Positions 1-12,400 of a stretch of DNA of 64,000 bases are shown piece by piece. Source of the DNA: Lepidodermella squamata (taxonomy: Eukaryota > Animalia > Gastrotricha). How positions within the stretch are numbered: the stretch's first letter is position 1; every line of letters begins with the position of its first letter. The stretch is from NCBI GenBank assembly GCA_047495785.1, contig JBLDXI010000002.1, forward strand, positions 1,860,001 through 1,924,000, written 5' to 3'. The translations under genes were made by a program, and so were the position numbers. The notes under the pieces were generated by a model. The model saw only the letters and a program-made list of their open reading frames with translations. It was not told the DNA's origin and did not search any database.

Positions 1-1761
1 GTAAAACTCAGATTTCTAGAAATTAATTCCGATTATTAATTTTAATTAAAGTTGAATAATGGAAACTAACGGATTCGGAGATCCTTTGACCAAAAGGCAA
101 GTGTAATTTTTAGGGCATGACCTAAAAATTAAGCATTGTTTCAAATATTTCAAATAGTTATCAAATTTAACTGAGCCATGGAATAATTTCCGCAAACATA
201 GTACTCCCAGCCGTCGTCCTGATAACCCCAGTTGCCTGAAATTGCTCATTTTCTTGTAAAATCAAATAATTTGAAATATAGGAAAACTTTGATTTTTCAC
301 CCAGTCTCCCCAACGAGTTCCATTCGGGCTACTATCGGGCGCCAATGTAACACCTGCGAAACTCGCATCCATGACGCATTTCGTCTGCAACATTCCAGCA
401 AACAGTTGAACCCCGAATAGTGCCATTATTGTGAAGAAAAACAAGGTCCTGATTGAAATATAGGTAAAAAATGTAGATTTTTCCAGAAATAATTAAGCTT
501 GCATTATTAAGACATCGCCGAGATTTCTGAACGCTCTGAGCAAGGCTTCGATAATTGTTTTCAAGCCTGGTATGATGGCGACTGATTTCAAAACTCGAAA
601 GACGCGGAAAGTTCGCAACGCTTGTACATTGACCTTGGCGCCGGCCGTCACGTTCGTCGCGATAATTGTCGCGTACGCGGTTAGAATTACGATGAAATCG
701 AGCCAGTTCCACGGGTCTCGCAAATACGTGTACTTGTCCAGTATCACGCCGCGGGCTATTGCTTTGATGATTGCTTCCAGGGTATAAATTGCCAAAAAAG
801 TATACTCGGGTGTCGACTCGTCGACGTTCATCGCCATAAAAAGCTACAAAAAAATTAGATAAAAATGTTAGAAAAAGAAATCAGCTTTCAGCTTTCAATT
901 TTCGAAAAATCAATAAAATTTTTGGATTTTTTTGGATTTTTTGGAAAATTCGTTAAATTCAACTTTTAAAAATGAATTTAATTGAACTAACCGCGTTGGC
1001 TAAAATTGTGAAGACGATCAACAAGTCGAACAACGGATGAGTATAGATATAAATCGCCAATTTTCGGATAGGATTCCAAGGCGCGAAAATGTACATAGCC
1101 CTCGAGGCTGAAAATCGAAAAATCGTCCTATCTCTACCGAGCCGCCGACTGATCAGCATGAAAGTCTGTAAAATTCGGTCATTAAATTTGGAAAAAAAAA
1201 TCTTTAAAAAAATTCTACCTCGTCGTATTCACGGTGACGAGGGTCGATATCTTCGATAGGAACGCCGAGGAGATGCTTCGGGAAGTTAGTTGCTATCGCC
1301 CTGGGTAGATTTCTGCCCTCGACCAATTTCGGGTCGTGTTCTACTTTTTCCGTGTGCTCCAGGATCAGATTACCATCAACGAGTTTCGCCTCGCCCAGCT
1401 CGTAGCGGGCCTGCGATTTTTCGTCGCGATATTTACGGTCGGCGATCCTCGCTTTCAGGGCGTTGTAGCTTTTTTCATCGAATGGCCGCGTCAGCTTAGC
1501 CAACATGCCGGCCTGGCCTGGGGTCATGTACACATTTTCTGCGTTAGGATCAGCCGTAGCTGGTGTGGCAAAGTTGAAAATGCCATCGCTTGTCAACAAA
1601 TTTGAACTTCGGCGGCTGCTGTGGTGATGCGAGGAATTGTTCCCGCCCGGGCTCGGCGCGACGACCCCGACACTCGAGGCCGATGAAAGACGTTCCACAT
1701 TTGCGTGACCGCTAACCGGAACGGTCAGCGAAGGACCGATGCGACTGTGAGGGCGGTTCAT
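1..1761 (-). CDS. Voltage-gated sodium channel alpha subunit, 5' part (N-terminus and domain I S1-S5 plus extracellular loop); gene continues beyond position 1
   Basis: Exons 1761-1219, 1165-992, 843-503, 448-~288, ~235-171, ~121-70 splice in frame and give [39 protein letters not shown]4 [33 protein letters not shown] and CPKNYTC..GSPNP. The selectivity filter is outside the window, so Nav1 vs Nav2 is unresolved. Confidence 0.93.
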
Positions 1762-2813
1762 CTGTCAAGCTAGGACAGAGACCAAAATTTCGCTCGCGAA
1801 AACCCTGATCAAGTCAGAAAAACTATGTTAATGCGGTTGATAAAAAAAAGTTGTATTATATGGACCATGGAAAAATTTGTCAGCCCTTTCATGCACTATA
1901 ACAACGTTTGTTTTGAGATAAATGGCTTTTCTCGTGTCATTGATGGCTACGTTTCAATCAAAGAATTATTGCGACGCCATGGGAATGCACACTCAAACGG
2001 GTGGGTACTCAGACTTGCTTTTTCAAGTGAAAAAAGACGGGCGCAAAAAATTGAGCGCCATTCACACGGGCAAGCGCGCGTGCGCAGCAGCTTAACGCGG
2101 AAATTTCTGGCTTTTTAACAGGTCAAATCGACCTTAAAAAAGCAGGTCACACTGAAAAATTTCCAGAATATTCGCGCAAATATCACTCGAATTTACCATA
2201 TTTTTTTATTAATTAAATCTTGATTTACAAAATAAAATAACTTTATTTTTAAATTTAAATTTCAAAAAATTATCAGAAATTTTTATTTTGCGATAAACAC
2301 TTAATTATGTTATTTTACTCTTATTTCTGCTGATATTGCTGATTTATCGTTTCGATTTCATATTTTGATTTTAGCATAGGCAAAAACAGGAAACAACAAG
2401 AGGTCCAGACTGGCGGGTGATGTTGCCTAGCAACGGTGCACCAAGGCAGGCGCGCGTATACCAGCACACAGCGTGCCGCTTTTATTCACAGAAAAGCATG
2501 TGTGCGTCTTTTAATGCGCAAAAAATTACGCAGTAGGCGCTCACCCATGTTTTTACTTCAGGTCACCACTACAATTTTTTATCATCAAGTGCGCAGTGCC
2601 TGCAGTATTGCAAGTAGCCAATCGTTATGAAACACAGCGTAAAATAATGATTTGAACAAAATCGATCACTTCTCCATGGCAGGCCACATTATAGCGCGAT
2701 ATTACTTGTGCTACCCTAAAATACAAATCGCTCAATTTACCTGCAAATATTGCTTGACGTTTTTTCTGTAGGTGAAGCTAATTTTTATAAAAAAAAACCT
2801 GTTTAGTCACGCA

Positions 2814-4207
2814 ATGAGACGAGTTAATTTTGAAGACTGCTACCGCTCGGCCCCAGCGCCGGCGCTTGAACCGTCCTCCGAGGCGTTACCTCGAACGGAT
2901 GGCATCGAAATTCCGCCCCAATACGCTCGACACGAACCTTTTCAACTCGGCTCGGGAGCTCTAACAGTAGAAAAACTATCACAAAACGGTAAGCTCATGC
3001 TTTACTCTACCAAATGCGTAGTCAATTTCGCAGTGAAAAGCGAGCGAAAATTATTTTTTAGGTCTCTTTTTAGGTCTCAAACAGTTTTTTTAGGGAATTT
3101 ATTAATTAAATCGGTAATTAATTAAGCGAAATTATACAGGAATCCTATATTATCTTATTTCAAATCAACATCAGAAAAATTTCACAACGGAATTTTACCG
3201 TAATCCTGGTCTTTTATCCATTTTCTGATATTTTTTGGAACAGAATCAGAAAAAATTAAGAACAATTGCATGATAAATTCATTTCCTGACAATTTTATTA
3301 GTAAAAATCTTGTTTTAGCGCTAATTCAAGACCCAGCTCCCGGCTTCGACATAAATAAATAGTCTCAATTCTCGTTTGAACCAACGAATTTTTGAATCTC
3401 TCAAGCTTTTGATTCTCCGAAGGAAATTTAATATTCCTATTTTCAAGCTAATTTGCGAACTTCGGAAAAATTAAATTTTACAGGTAAAGAAAAAATCAAT
3501 AAAATTGAGCGCCGAAAGAAGATGCCTCATTATTACATTTGGATCAAAATTTCATATTTTTCCCTTGATAAATCGATTTTTATCAGTTCTCAAATTTGCA
3601 AGCTCAATTTAATGCTACGTTGCTTTCGGTACACTTGATAGGAGCCAGACCGCCTCTCACGCGACAGTACGTCGATGACCCGACTCTTGACCCGAGCAAC
3701 CGCTGGTGGCAGGCGATTTCATCGCGCCCGGAGCAACAGTACGGCCGCAGGCGGTTGGCTGAAACCATCCAGCAGGCCGAGCTTCTGCGGCCGGAGGTTT
3801 ACGAGTCGCGCGAGCCGTGGCAGCGCGGCGCCTCGCTCACCCGCCTGCGCCCGCCCGCCAAGTTGTCCGGCTTGGTGACCGAGCGAAGCCGGCGCGGCGA
3901 CTGGGACGAGACCATCTACGCGCTGTCTCCGGAGACGAACATCGAATTCCCAGACTGCACCGGCAACCCGGCCGACCTAGCTCAGTACTGGCGTTCGGTC
4001 ACGCGCCAGGCTCATGAGCGCCCGAAAAAGGTTTTCGATAAGCATTTGATCGAGCGTTACCCGGAGGTCTATGGCCCGAACGGCGCAACTAGCCCGATTT
4101 TGAACCCGAATTGCCCACCGCCGCCGGTCAGCTCGTCGCTGAAACCGTTCCCGCACCACTCGGCGTTCCCGTCTGTTGAAATCAGGCCATGGACGGCTAG
4201 GCATTAG
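2814..4207 (+). CDS. Two-exon protein of unknown function (about 246 aa)
   Basis: ATG 2814, donor G|GTAAGC after 2988, acceptor GATAG| before 3642, phase 1 join (..QNG-ARPP..), GC-rich coding-like exon 2, stop at 4207. Confidence 0.65.
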
Positions 4208-5972
4208 GTTGGAAAATCGAGTAGGATCGAAATTATCTGAAATCACGGAATTTAATCATGCAAATATATGCCTATATTTTTAACGAATAATTGCTGTGTT
4301 TGGACCGGAATTCAGTTATAGCTCTGATAATTTCCACCTTTTTCGACAATTTTGCGTTCAAATTTCGATCATACTTTTGTAATAGTATCGAATGAGAGAA
4401 ATAAATTGGAATCGCTTAAAACTCTTTTCGATTTATTGACTAAAAAGGGCTCTTTTAGTTACAAATATCGTATCGCTGGCTCAAATGATAGAGATGAATG
4501 ATGGAAAATGAGTCTATGCTAAAACAATCTTGAGTAAAAATGAAACTGAAACTACAGTGTTCCATAACGTGAGCGATTTATTTTGAATTTTCGGATTAAA
4601 ATTCCGAAATTTCCTGTAGCTACGGGAAGGATCCTCGATTTCACCTTATTCGCCGGACAAAATGTAACGAATTTTCTCATTCACATTAGGCTATCAAAAC
4701 ACTCCCAGAGCATGAAATTGAAGGTCGCGTGTCATTTTGGAAATCATGATTCCTTCTCATAGTACTTTCGTTAGTAGGGTTATTTATAAGGCGGACTGTG
4801 TTAGATAAGATCATTAAGGTGGCTTTCGAAATTTAACAAAAAAAATCAACCTTAAAAATTTCGAAATTTTGATCTTTTCAGACAACATTTTTCAATTCTT
4901 CTATCAAGCTTTTCCACATCAAATTGATGGTTACCTTTAGCTGGAATATTGATCTTCACATCTCCTCCGCATTCCTTGTAGTATCGGCATATTTTAATTA
5001 GCCACTGGATCAAGTGAATAAATAGCAAAATTTAACATGCGATATTCGTTAGCAATATTTATTCCAATTACTTTTTTCATCAATGGAATTTACAAAGACC
5101 AAAAGAAAGAGATACACCAACCAGTTATAATAATATTGAACAAATCACGTATTTTATCGCTGCTTGCAATAAGAAGAGGGTTAAATTAGAGCTTATAGTT
5201 TTTTCATCAATAACACTTGACAGATTTTTCACCAAATTCCACCAGAAGATAAACACAACATAAGATGGCGGCGATTTTCGTCTGAAGTAATATATAAATA
5301 AGCGATTCAATCCTTAGCCTGGTTTCCGTTCCTTGAACGAAGCCCACATAATAATTGGTGAAACGAACGAAACACGACGGAATTGAATAGTTGTTCTCAT
5401 TATTTGTTGATGTTGATGATAAAATTACAGCAGAAAGACCGTTCAAACGCCACGGCGCTTCATCCTTACATATCGATAAAGCGGCTACAACGAGACAGTA
5501 TTATCGACATCAAACCTTGCGTGTGGGCCGTAGCTTGAAACAAACACGCAATCCGCATCAATTGTAATCGGGAGACAGGCAGCAGTTATGGCTAAACACG
5601 AGGCCTATAAGCCAACAATCGGGGCATTGCAGCAATCGATAACTACATTCGAAAGTTTGCACTTCTCTGAGCCTCACTCTATGTACACATTTCCAGGTAG
5701 TCGGTGTAGTAAATACTTTCATTAGTAGCCTTAAGATAGAAACAGCGGTCGATTAAAATAATTATTATAAGCTTTAAAAAGAAACTGGCTCCGCGAACCT
5801 CATTGGAGTAATATCAAATCCAAACAATCATTTTTTCTATATATAAACAGTACGATGCACGGGTGATCGAGAGAGAGAAAAAAGGTGAATTGATAACAGA
5901 TGGCAACTCAATTCGGCTATTTGGAGTGAGATGCATTTTTGAAAAAATATTAAAATATTTTGCTGCAAGAAA

Positions 5973-7989
5973 TTATTCGTCGTCGGCAAACGGTAACGAC
6001 TCTTCGATCTCGCGCAGCTTTTCGGCCAACGCTGGTTCTGACGAGCTTTTTCCGTTCGCCGATAGCAAAGGCTCCCGCGATTCGCTATCAACCTGAGACA
6101 GACAGCAGGTAAAGCTACTGTAATGTTGTTAAATTAAAGACTTACGATTGCAGATTTCGCGCGAGAATCGTTGGCTTGCTGGTTTTCGCCGGAGTCTTTC
6201 GACGAAACCGGGCTCGAACTGGTTTGTTTCTCGCGCCGTTTCGCAGCCACGGGGCCGTGATTATGCCGCGTGTCTGCGCATTTTCCCGCTTGATACGCTG
6301 AACAGCGCAGCAGTTGCGGCGGAATATGATGGGAATGATGATTGATTGATGAGTGACACGGGATTAAACACCCGGCCAGCTTGCCGCCCTTCGCTAGCAC
6401 CGGCGAGTCAGGCGCGGAAACTGGTGTAACCTCATCGTTCGGCCCGTTAACGGGCGCCTTCAATTGGGGCGGTATTTCTGGAGGAGTTAGACACTCCCAG
6501 TCAAGGTCGATGTTCACGTCTTCTTCGTCATCCTCAGCGTGAGGGTGTAATCTCTTCGAACTCGCCAAACTGCTCACGTCATCCAGGTCATCGAGGCCGG
6601 GCAAGGATTCACCACCCCGCATGCTTGATTGATAATCCTCGCTACCTGCGATGAAACTAGGCGCGTAGCTGCGGCAAGAATCAATTGCAAGTGAATCCAT
6701 GACTTTCGACAAATATTGCCTAAATACAACAGAAGTTACCTTAAAATATTTAAGCAACATTAATTGATTTACCTTTGCAGTGTGTAGTTATCTCGAATCA
6801 GAGACATCTTCATATTTGCGTAGTTTTGAAGATCCTTCCGCTTTTTGTAGTACCTGACTCGAATCTTGTAGTAACGGCTACTTGAATAGTCCTTCATTTT
6901 GGCTAGTTTATCGTGGTAACGTTGATGGAGCTGGTCCATCTGAGTACTGCATTGAGTTCGGACACGCTGGGCGCGTTCGAAGTAACGAGCACGAACTCGC
7001 TCCATCTGCTGACTTGCACGGTCACGGATTGCGGCGAGTTGCTCCATTCTGACCGGCATGTATGGGCCCCAGCTTCGGACTGGCATAACTTCCAGGGACA
7101 TTTTACCGTCTACGATAGCAACTTCTGGGACAATGTCGCCGTTCTCCATTCCCTCAACCTCTTCAGTGATTTTGGGCGGAATTGCAATAGTAGCACCGTT
7201 TCCTGGGTAAAAGCGTTGACGACTGAGAACTGGAGCTCCGGGGACATGGTGCTGCCTCGATACAAATTCGATTACCCACTGGACGTGCTTGTTCATTTCC
7301 TGTTTGCGACAGTATTCAATAAGCACCCGCAAGAAATGAGCTGAAAGCGCTATTGCGAGAAAGCCTGTGGCAGCCATTGAGCCAACCACTGAGCTATACA
7401 CAAGCTGGCCGTACAGTGCGGTATCAAAATCGATTACGATACCTAGACGGAATACCTCCGCTTCGGACATCGACGTTTTGTTCAGCTTGACACACTCGTA
7501 GATGCCAGGGTCAGAAGTAAGTACTGGATCGATTATCAACTCGTTGAATTGAGTCAATATTAATCGATCATGGCGAGAGCAATTAAAGCCCCCTGGTTCG
7601 CCAAAAGCAGGTTCGACACAAACATCAGTTTGGTTGTGAGGACCCATGCTTGCCCAGAAACTATCATTGCGTGCATATGGGCATCTAATCACAACTTTCT
7701 GCCCCATGAAAACTCGCTTATACGCGCACATGTTCAACAGTGGCGTCTGCTTAAGCTCTGCAGCCATCGACTCTTCACGGCTAATGATCGAGCTGGCCAA
7801 ACATTTTCCAGTGGTTGGATCCATGAAAGAGAAACAAGGGCAAGTGAACTCAGTAACGTTGCTTCCGTTTGGTGCTTGAGGTGTCCATAGAAAATCCAAA
7901 GGCAACTCGCAGTACGCCTTCTGGGAGACGATGATAACAAGGCAGGTAAGTAGCGTGAATCGTGATGATAAAATAAGTCGAAAGAACAT
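5973..7989 (-). CDS. Single-pass Ig-domain membrane protein, IGLR-2-like cytoplasmic helical region, no LRRs seen
   Basis: Exons 7989-6773, 6719-6146, 6092-5973. Signal peptide, Ig motif (IRCP...ELIIDPVLTSDPGIYECV), TM helix, then QMERVRARY...IRDNYTLQRQYLSKVMDSL, which resembles from memory the tail of IGLR-2-type proteins. Confidence 0.75.
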
Positions 7990-8122
7990 CTAAGATAAAT
8001 AAATTGCACATTTAAGATTTAATTACAGATGTTGCACCGTAATCTTGAATAATAATTAAGCAGGAGAGTCAGAAAGATTCTAAAAATCACATTACAGTTA
8101 CAGGTACACAAAATATAATAAG

Positions 8123-8590
8123 TTAGTATTGTCGCTGTTGAGATGGATCAAATTGAGAAATCATCTGCAGAAGCGATTGACCCATTGGCGTGGAGGCGAC
8201 GATACCGGGAAGTTCTAGAATGTGATTTGGAATAGATTTTCCCGTCAGAAAGCTGCACAATTCTGCGCTGAAGTTGTTGCAATTGTGCTGTAATAAATGA
8301 TAGCGATTTCCAGCAAAATTGTTCATCGCAGCATCAGCAATCCACTCTTCAACAATTTCCAAGGGTAAAAAAGTTTCACCCATAGGAATAGTTTGATCAG
8401 CAGGGCCCAAAATTGTTCCATTAGGCGGGCAGTTATCAATGCCCATGCTGCCGAAGTAAAATTCACGCCCAAAACAGACTGTTCCAGTATGCCAGACACC
8501 GTCCAAAGGAATGCCGATGAGCTGGGGCGCCAGAACTCTCGCCATACCTTTAGTTATATCGTAAACGTGTAAGAATACAGGTTCTCCCAT
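8123..8590 (-). CDS. DESI1: Desumoylating isopeptidase 1 (PPPDE peptidase), single coding exon
   Basis: VFLHVYDITKGMAR, catalytic His in GVWHTG and Cys in YHLLQHNCNNFS; Met at 8590. Confidence 0.93.
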   Translation of the reverse strand: MGEPVFLHVYDITKGMARVLAPQLIGIPLDGVWHTGTVCFGREFYFGSMGIDNCPPNGTILGPADQTIPMGETFLPLEIVEEWIADAAMNNFAGNRYHLLQHNCNNFSAELCSFLTGKSIPNHILELPGIVASTPMGQSLLQMISQFDPSQQRQY

Positions 8591-8990
8591 TATTTGACTG
8601 TTAAAATTGTATAAACTCAACACCGCACTAAAAACTTTCAAAGTGGTTCAACTTTTCTGGGTTGTTAGGATTTAGGATGCAATGCTCACGTGATTGTCGG
8701 CTAAAACTTCAGGTTCAAATTTATTTGAACTGCGGTGAAGGTCGAATTCTATTTCAAAACAAATGCTCTCGAGTTCATATTTGCTGTCAATTGTATTTTT
8801 TAATGTAGATGAAATTTTTTATTTTAAATTATTTTTCAGGGTCGATTGAAGAAAGAGTTAATCATTAAAAAACTGATGAATGGAGTGTGGTTTATATCGC
8901 GCCCAGAGGAAATGCTGACAGCGGTGTCCGGTACTAGCGCCGAGTGGTGACATTCTGACTCACTGTGTAACTGGGCGTGTCAATGATCCG
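8591..8990. promoter_or_regulatory. Probable bidirectional promoter region for DESI1 (-) and neurobeachin (+), including a probable neurobeachin 5'UTR exon at ~8840-8990
   Basis: Head-to-head arrangement with start codons under 0.9 kb apart; TTTTTCAG acceptor at ~8839 and G|GTATTG donor at ~8991. Confidence 0.45.
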
Positions 8991-9448
8991 GTATTGTATT
9001 TAAGATTATATTACCCATTTTCTGACGTCTAGATTGTCTGTTTTTTTAGCAGCGTAAACGAGTGATACTGGTTACTTGATGTTCTTTGCGATCACCTAAA
9101 TTTGCCCTATACCAACGCTCTTCACCCCCTGTGTTTTGTAATTAAAGCCGCTAGCGACAAATTCGGTTTGATATCAGCCAGTCGAGTGATAAAATATTGT
9201 CTTGTTCAGTCCCAGTCAACATGGTCATCGCTTTCCTTGTATAATGTTTTAACGCTCAATCGGCTATGTTTTACGTTTGATCGCTTACTCAGATACTTAA
9301 CCATAAAAGTGTTCCTTACTCGCTCGAGCTTAAAAAACGTCATCTACAACGTCATATAGGAACAGGAATTTCTGATTAACAAGATTCGTTGTGCGCTTCT
9401 TTCGTAATGTTTCATTTTATGTAATTTCTGAGTAGATAGTTACAGTAT

Positions 9449-12400
9449 ATGGCCGAGAACGGCGATCCAAACGCCGTTGATTTCAATGGAAAGGAAACTG
9501 ATGGATTAGAATTACACGAATCCCCTAGGAAAGAACCGAAAGTGGAGGTGGCCTCCTCAGAGAATGGGACGACCGAGTCAATAACGGTGACTCTCAATGA
9601 GGTTCACCTCACAGTTGAGGAGCAGCATGGCGAGAAAAATGCTGACGTCGAGGAAAAGGTTGCTGCTTTAGAACAGCCCGAAGCCAATACAGTAAAAGAA
9701 CCAGATTCATCCTTTACCGAACCTGAGAAGGCAGCGGAAGGTGCGACTGACGAAGTGACAAACCCTGAGGAACCGGCTGAAGGTGTAACTGCCGAAGCGG
9801 CAGAGCCTGAGAAGCCAGCGCCTAAAGATGAGCCCGTTGACGTTCCACAAGTCGAGTCTTCTACAACTCCTTCACTAGTCGCGCCTCCTCAGCCAGCGCC
9901 CCCTCCGGCTCCTCCAACAGCGACAGCTCAAGTGAAATCCGAAAAATCACTAGAATCAAAATTCAACAAGCTTCGCGAGTTGATGTCAACTGGTGCCATT
10001 TCCAACAAAGAGGTTCATGATAATGTGTTGAACCTGCTTGTTGGAGGCGGTGACTTCGATTTCGACCGCAATTTTGTGATCGAAAGCCCGGAATCAATTT
10101 CTCAGTTACTTATGACACTCGATGTTGCAGGAGACGAACTGAAAGCCGAATTATGGAGCTTTTTTGTCGCCGTTCTAAAACGGAGTGGGAGATCTTTGCA
10201 AGCCTGTGCGGAAACAGGTCTAATCGAAATGGCTCTGTCGAGGCTTCCAACTTCAAACGCGATAGTCGCTGATCTGATTATCGAGCTGTTATGTATTCTA
10301 GCCTCGTACAATGTTTCGGAGAGGGAGCTGAAGATGTTATTCGCTTACCTCAAGGCAACTCGGGAATCGGCACCCGTTGGTGAAAATCGCAGCCCTTCCA
10401 AACTGATCAGTGGTAGCTGGAAGCCACATGCTACTAAATTATTAAAGGTACTATCCAAAACCTAATCTAACTTCATTGATTGAATAACGCCATTTTTGTA
10501 GGTATTCCGTGCTATGCCGGCTCGCAGTGGCCCGGATGAATTCTTCTCTTTCCCGGGAACGAAAGGCTCAGCTATAATTCTACCGCCAATTGCTAAATTT
10601 CCGCTGCAAAATGGTTGGACCTTTTCTGGCTGGGTTCGACTAGACCCTTCATCTGGGACGTCGTTTGACGAACGAGAGAGGCCTTATTTATTCAGTTTCA
10701 TGTCTAGTAAATGTCTTGGCTACACTGCCCATTTCTTCGGCAATACCCTCGTTGTTACCGCTATCAAAGTGAAAGGCAAGGGCTTTCAACATTGTTTTAC
10801 GTACCAGTTTCAAGCCAGACGTTGGTACCATGTCAGCTTGGTTTTCACTTACAGCCGTTGGACTAAAAATGAGGTCAAATTGTTTGTCGACGGAGAGCTG
10901 TGTCAGGCCTCTGAAATGGTTTGGGCTCTGAGTAACGGAGCAACAGATGCATTTGATCGTTGCATGATCGGCGCCAACTCGGACCTGGCTGATGCCACGT
11001 TTTTCTCCGGGCAAATGACATCTGCGTATTTATTCGGCGAAGCTTTGCAACCGCAACAAATTGCTGCGATTTATAAACTCGGCGTTTCGTACTCCGGGCA
11101 ATTTCGTCAGGAATCGGAAACATCGTCCGGTTTATCTGAGGTTGAAAAGAAAAGCGTTTATGACGGCAAATTGACGCATGCTTTGGTTTTCGTCTACACC
11201 CCGGCGCTCTGCGATGGTCAACTGTGTTTAGAAGGCTCGCCGAGACAGGTCGTTTCCGGCCAGGTCCAGGCTAATCCGCATTTCGTGTCTATTCCGCACG
11301 CTATGATGCGGGGAGGGGTGAAATCTGTACGGACGCATTCGGTTTTCGCGGCTCTTCATTCGCTGGGTGGTATTCAGTGCTTTTACCTGTTGTTTAACCA
11401 GCTGGATTTACTGCACCCGGGCGCGGATGGAAAACCAGTCGCGGATTTCTCCGTTTGCCACGAGCTGTTGCAAATTGTGTTTTTACTGCTACGAAATTCG
11501 GCGACGATTCAAAACCAGATGGCGCAAACTCGGGGCCTGCTTGTTTTTGCTAATCTGCTGGAAAAATCTAGTCCGAGGCATCTAACACATGGCTTGTTGC
11601 AGACACTGCTGCAAATGGCTGAATTTCTGGCCAACCCGCCTGGTACATCACCGGTCTCGGTTCTTGCGTGTCAGACGTTGTTGAAACACTTGTTTGACTA
11701 CATTTTCTGGAACCCGCAGCTCTGGATTCACGCCGATGTTTCAGTCCAGTTGCAGTTGTATACTTACATGTGTGAAACCAGGCTGTTAGATAACGGTATT
11801 CTGTACAACCCGGTTCGCCGCTGCTCGGCGATTATGCAAGTGCTGCACTCGCTTAAATTTCACTACTGGATCGTGACCCCGAAAGACCTCGCCGGCGCGC
11901 GCACTCTCGAAAACCCGGCCCGGCCGTCGAAAGGTGAAGTCAAACAACTGCGAGAGTTGATGCTGTACCATGTGAAAGCCCTGGTAACGCCGAGAACCCG
12001 GTCGCGGAGCCACTCGGCCTGGTCTATCAGCGGCGAGGCGCGGCAACTGAACTCCACGTCATCCGCACCGGGTGAAGATAATGAAAAACCCGAAAATGAA
12101 ACGGGCCATAGCGAAGTAAAACGTACCCCGAGTTCGCAGGGCTCTGTAAATGGCGATGATGATTTAGACCACGACGATGAGGCCAATCAAAGCCTTTCGT
12201 TGTCAAAGCAACAAGTCTCGAAAGTCGGAATTGTCGACGATGAATTTCAGGCAATTCTCAATTTCCTGTCGACGGTTCACGAGGACGAAAATTTGCAAGA
12301 TGTGCTACGTCTTTGCATATCTTTGATGGCGGAACAGCCGGCTACAATGGTGCCGACTTTCGACCGCCGACAGGGCATTCGAGTTGTTTTCAAGCTACTC

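Noticed and set aside
4560-5700. Possible small minus-strand gene downstream of the Ig gene
   Set aside because: Exon-like pieces could not be joined into a consistent frame or recognisable product.
8874-8960. Possible C/D-box snoRNA (TGATGA...CTGA)
   Set aside because: No recognisable rRNA/snRNA guide or good terminal stem; better explained as a neurobeachin 5'UTR exon.
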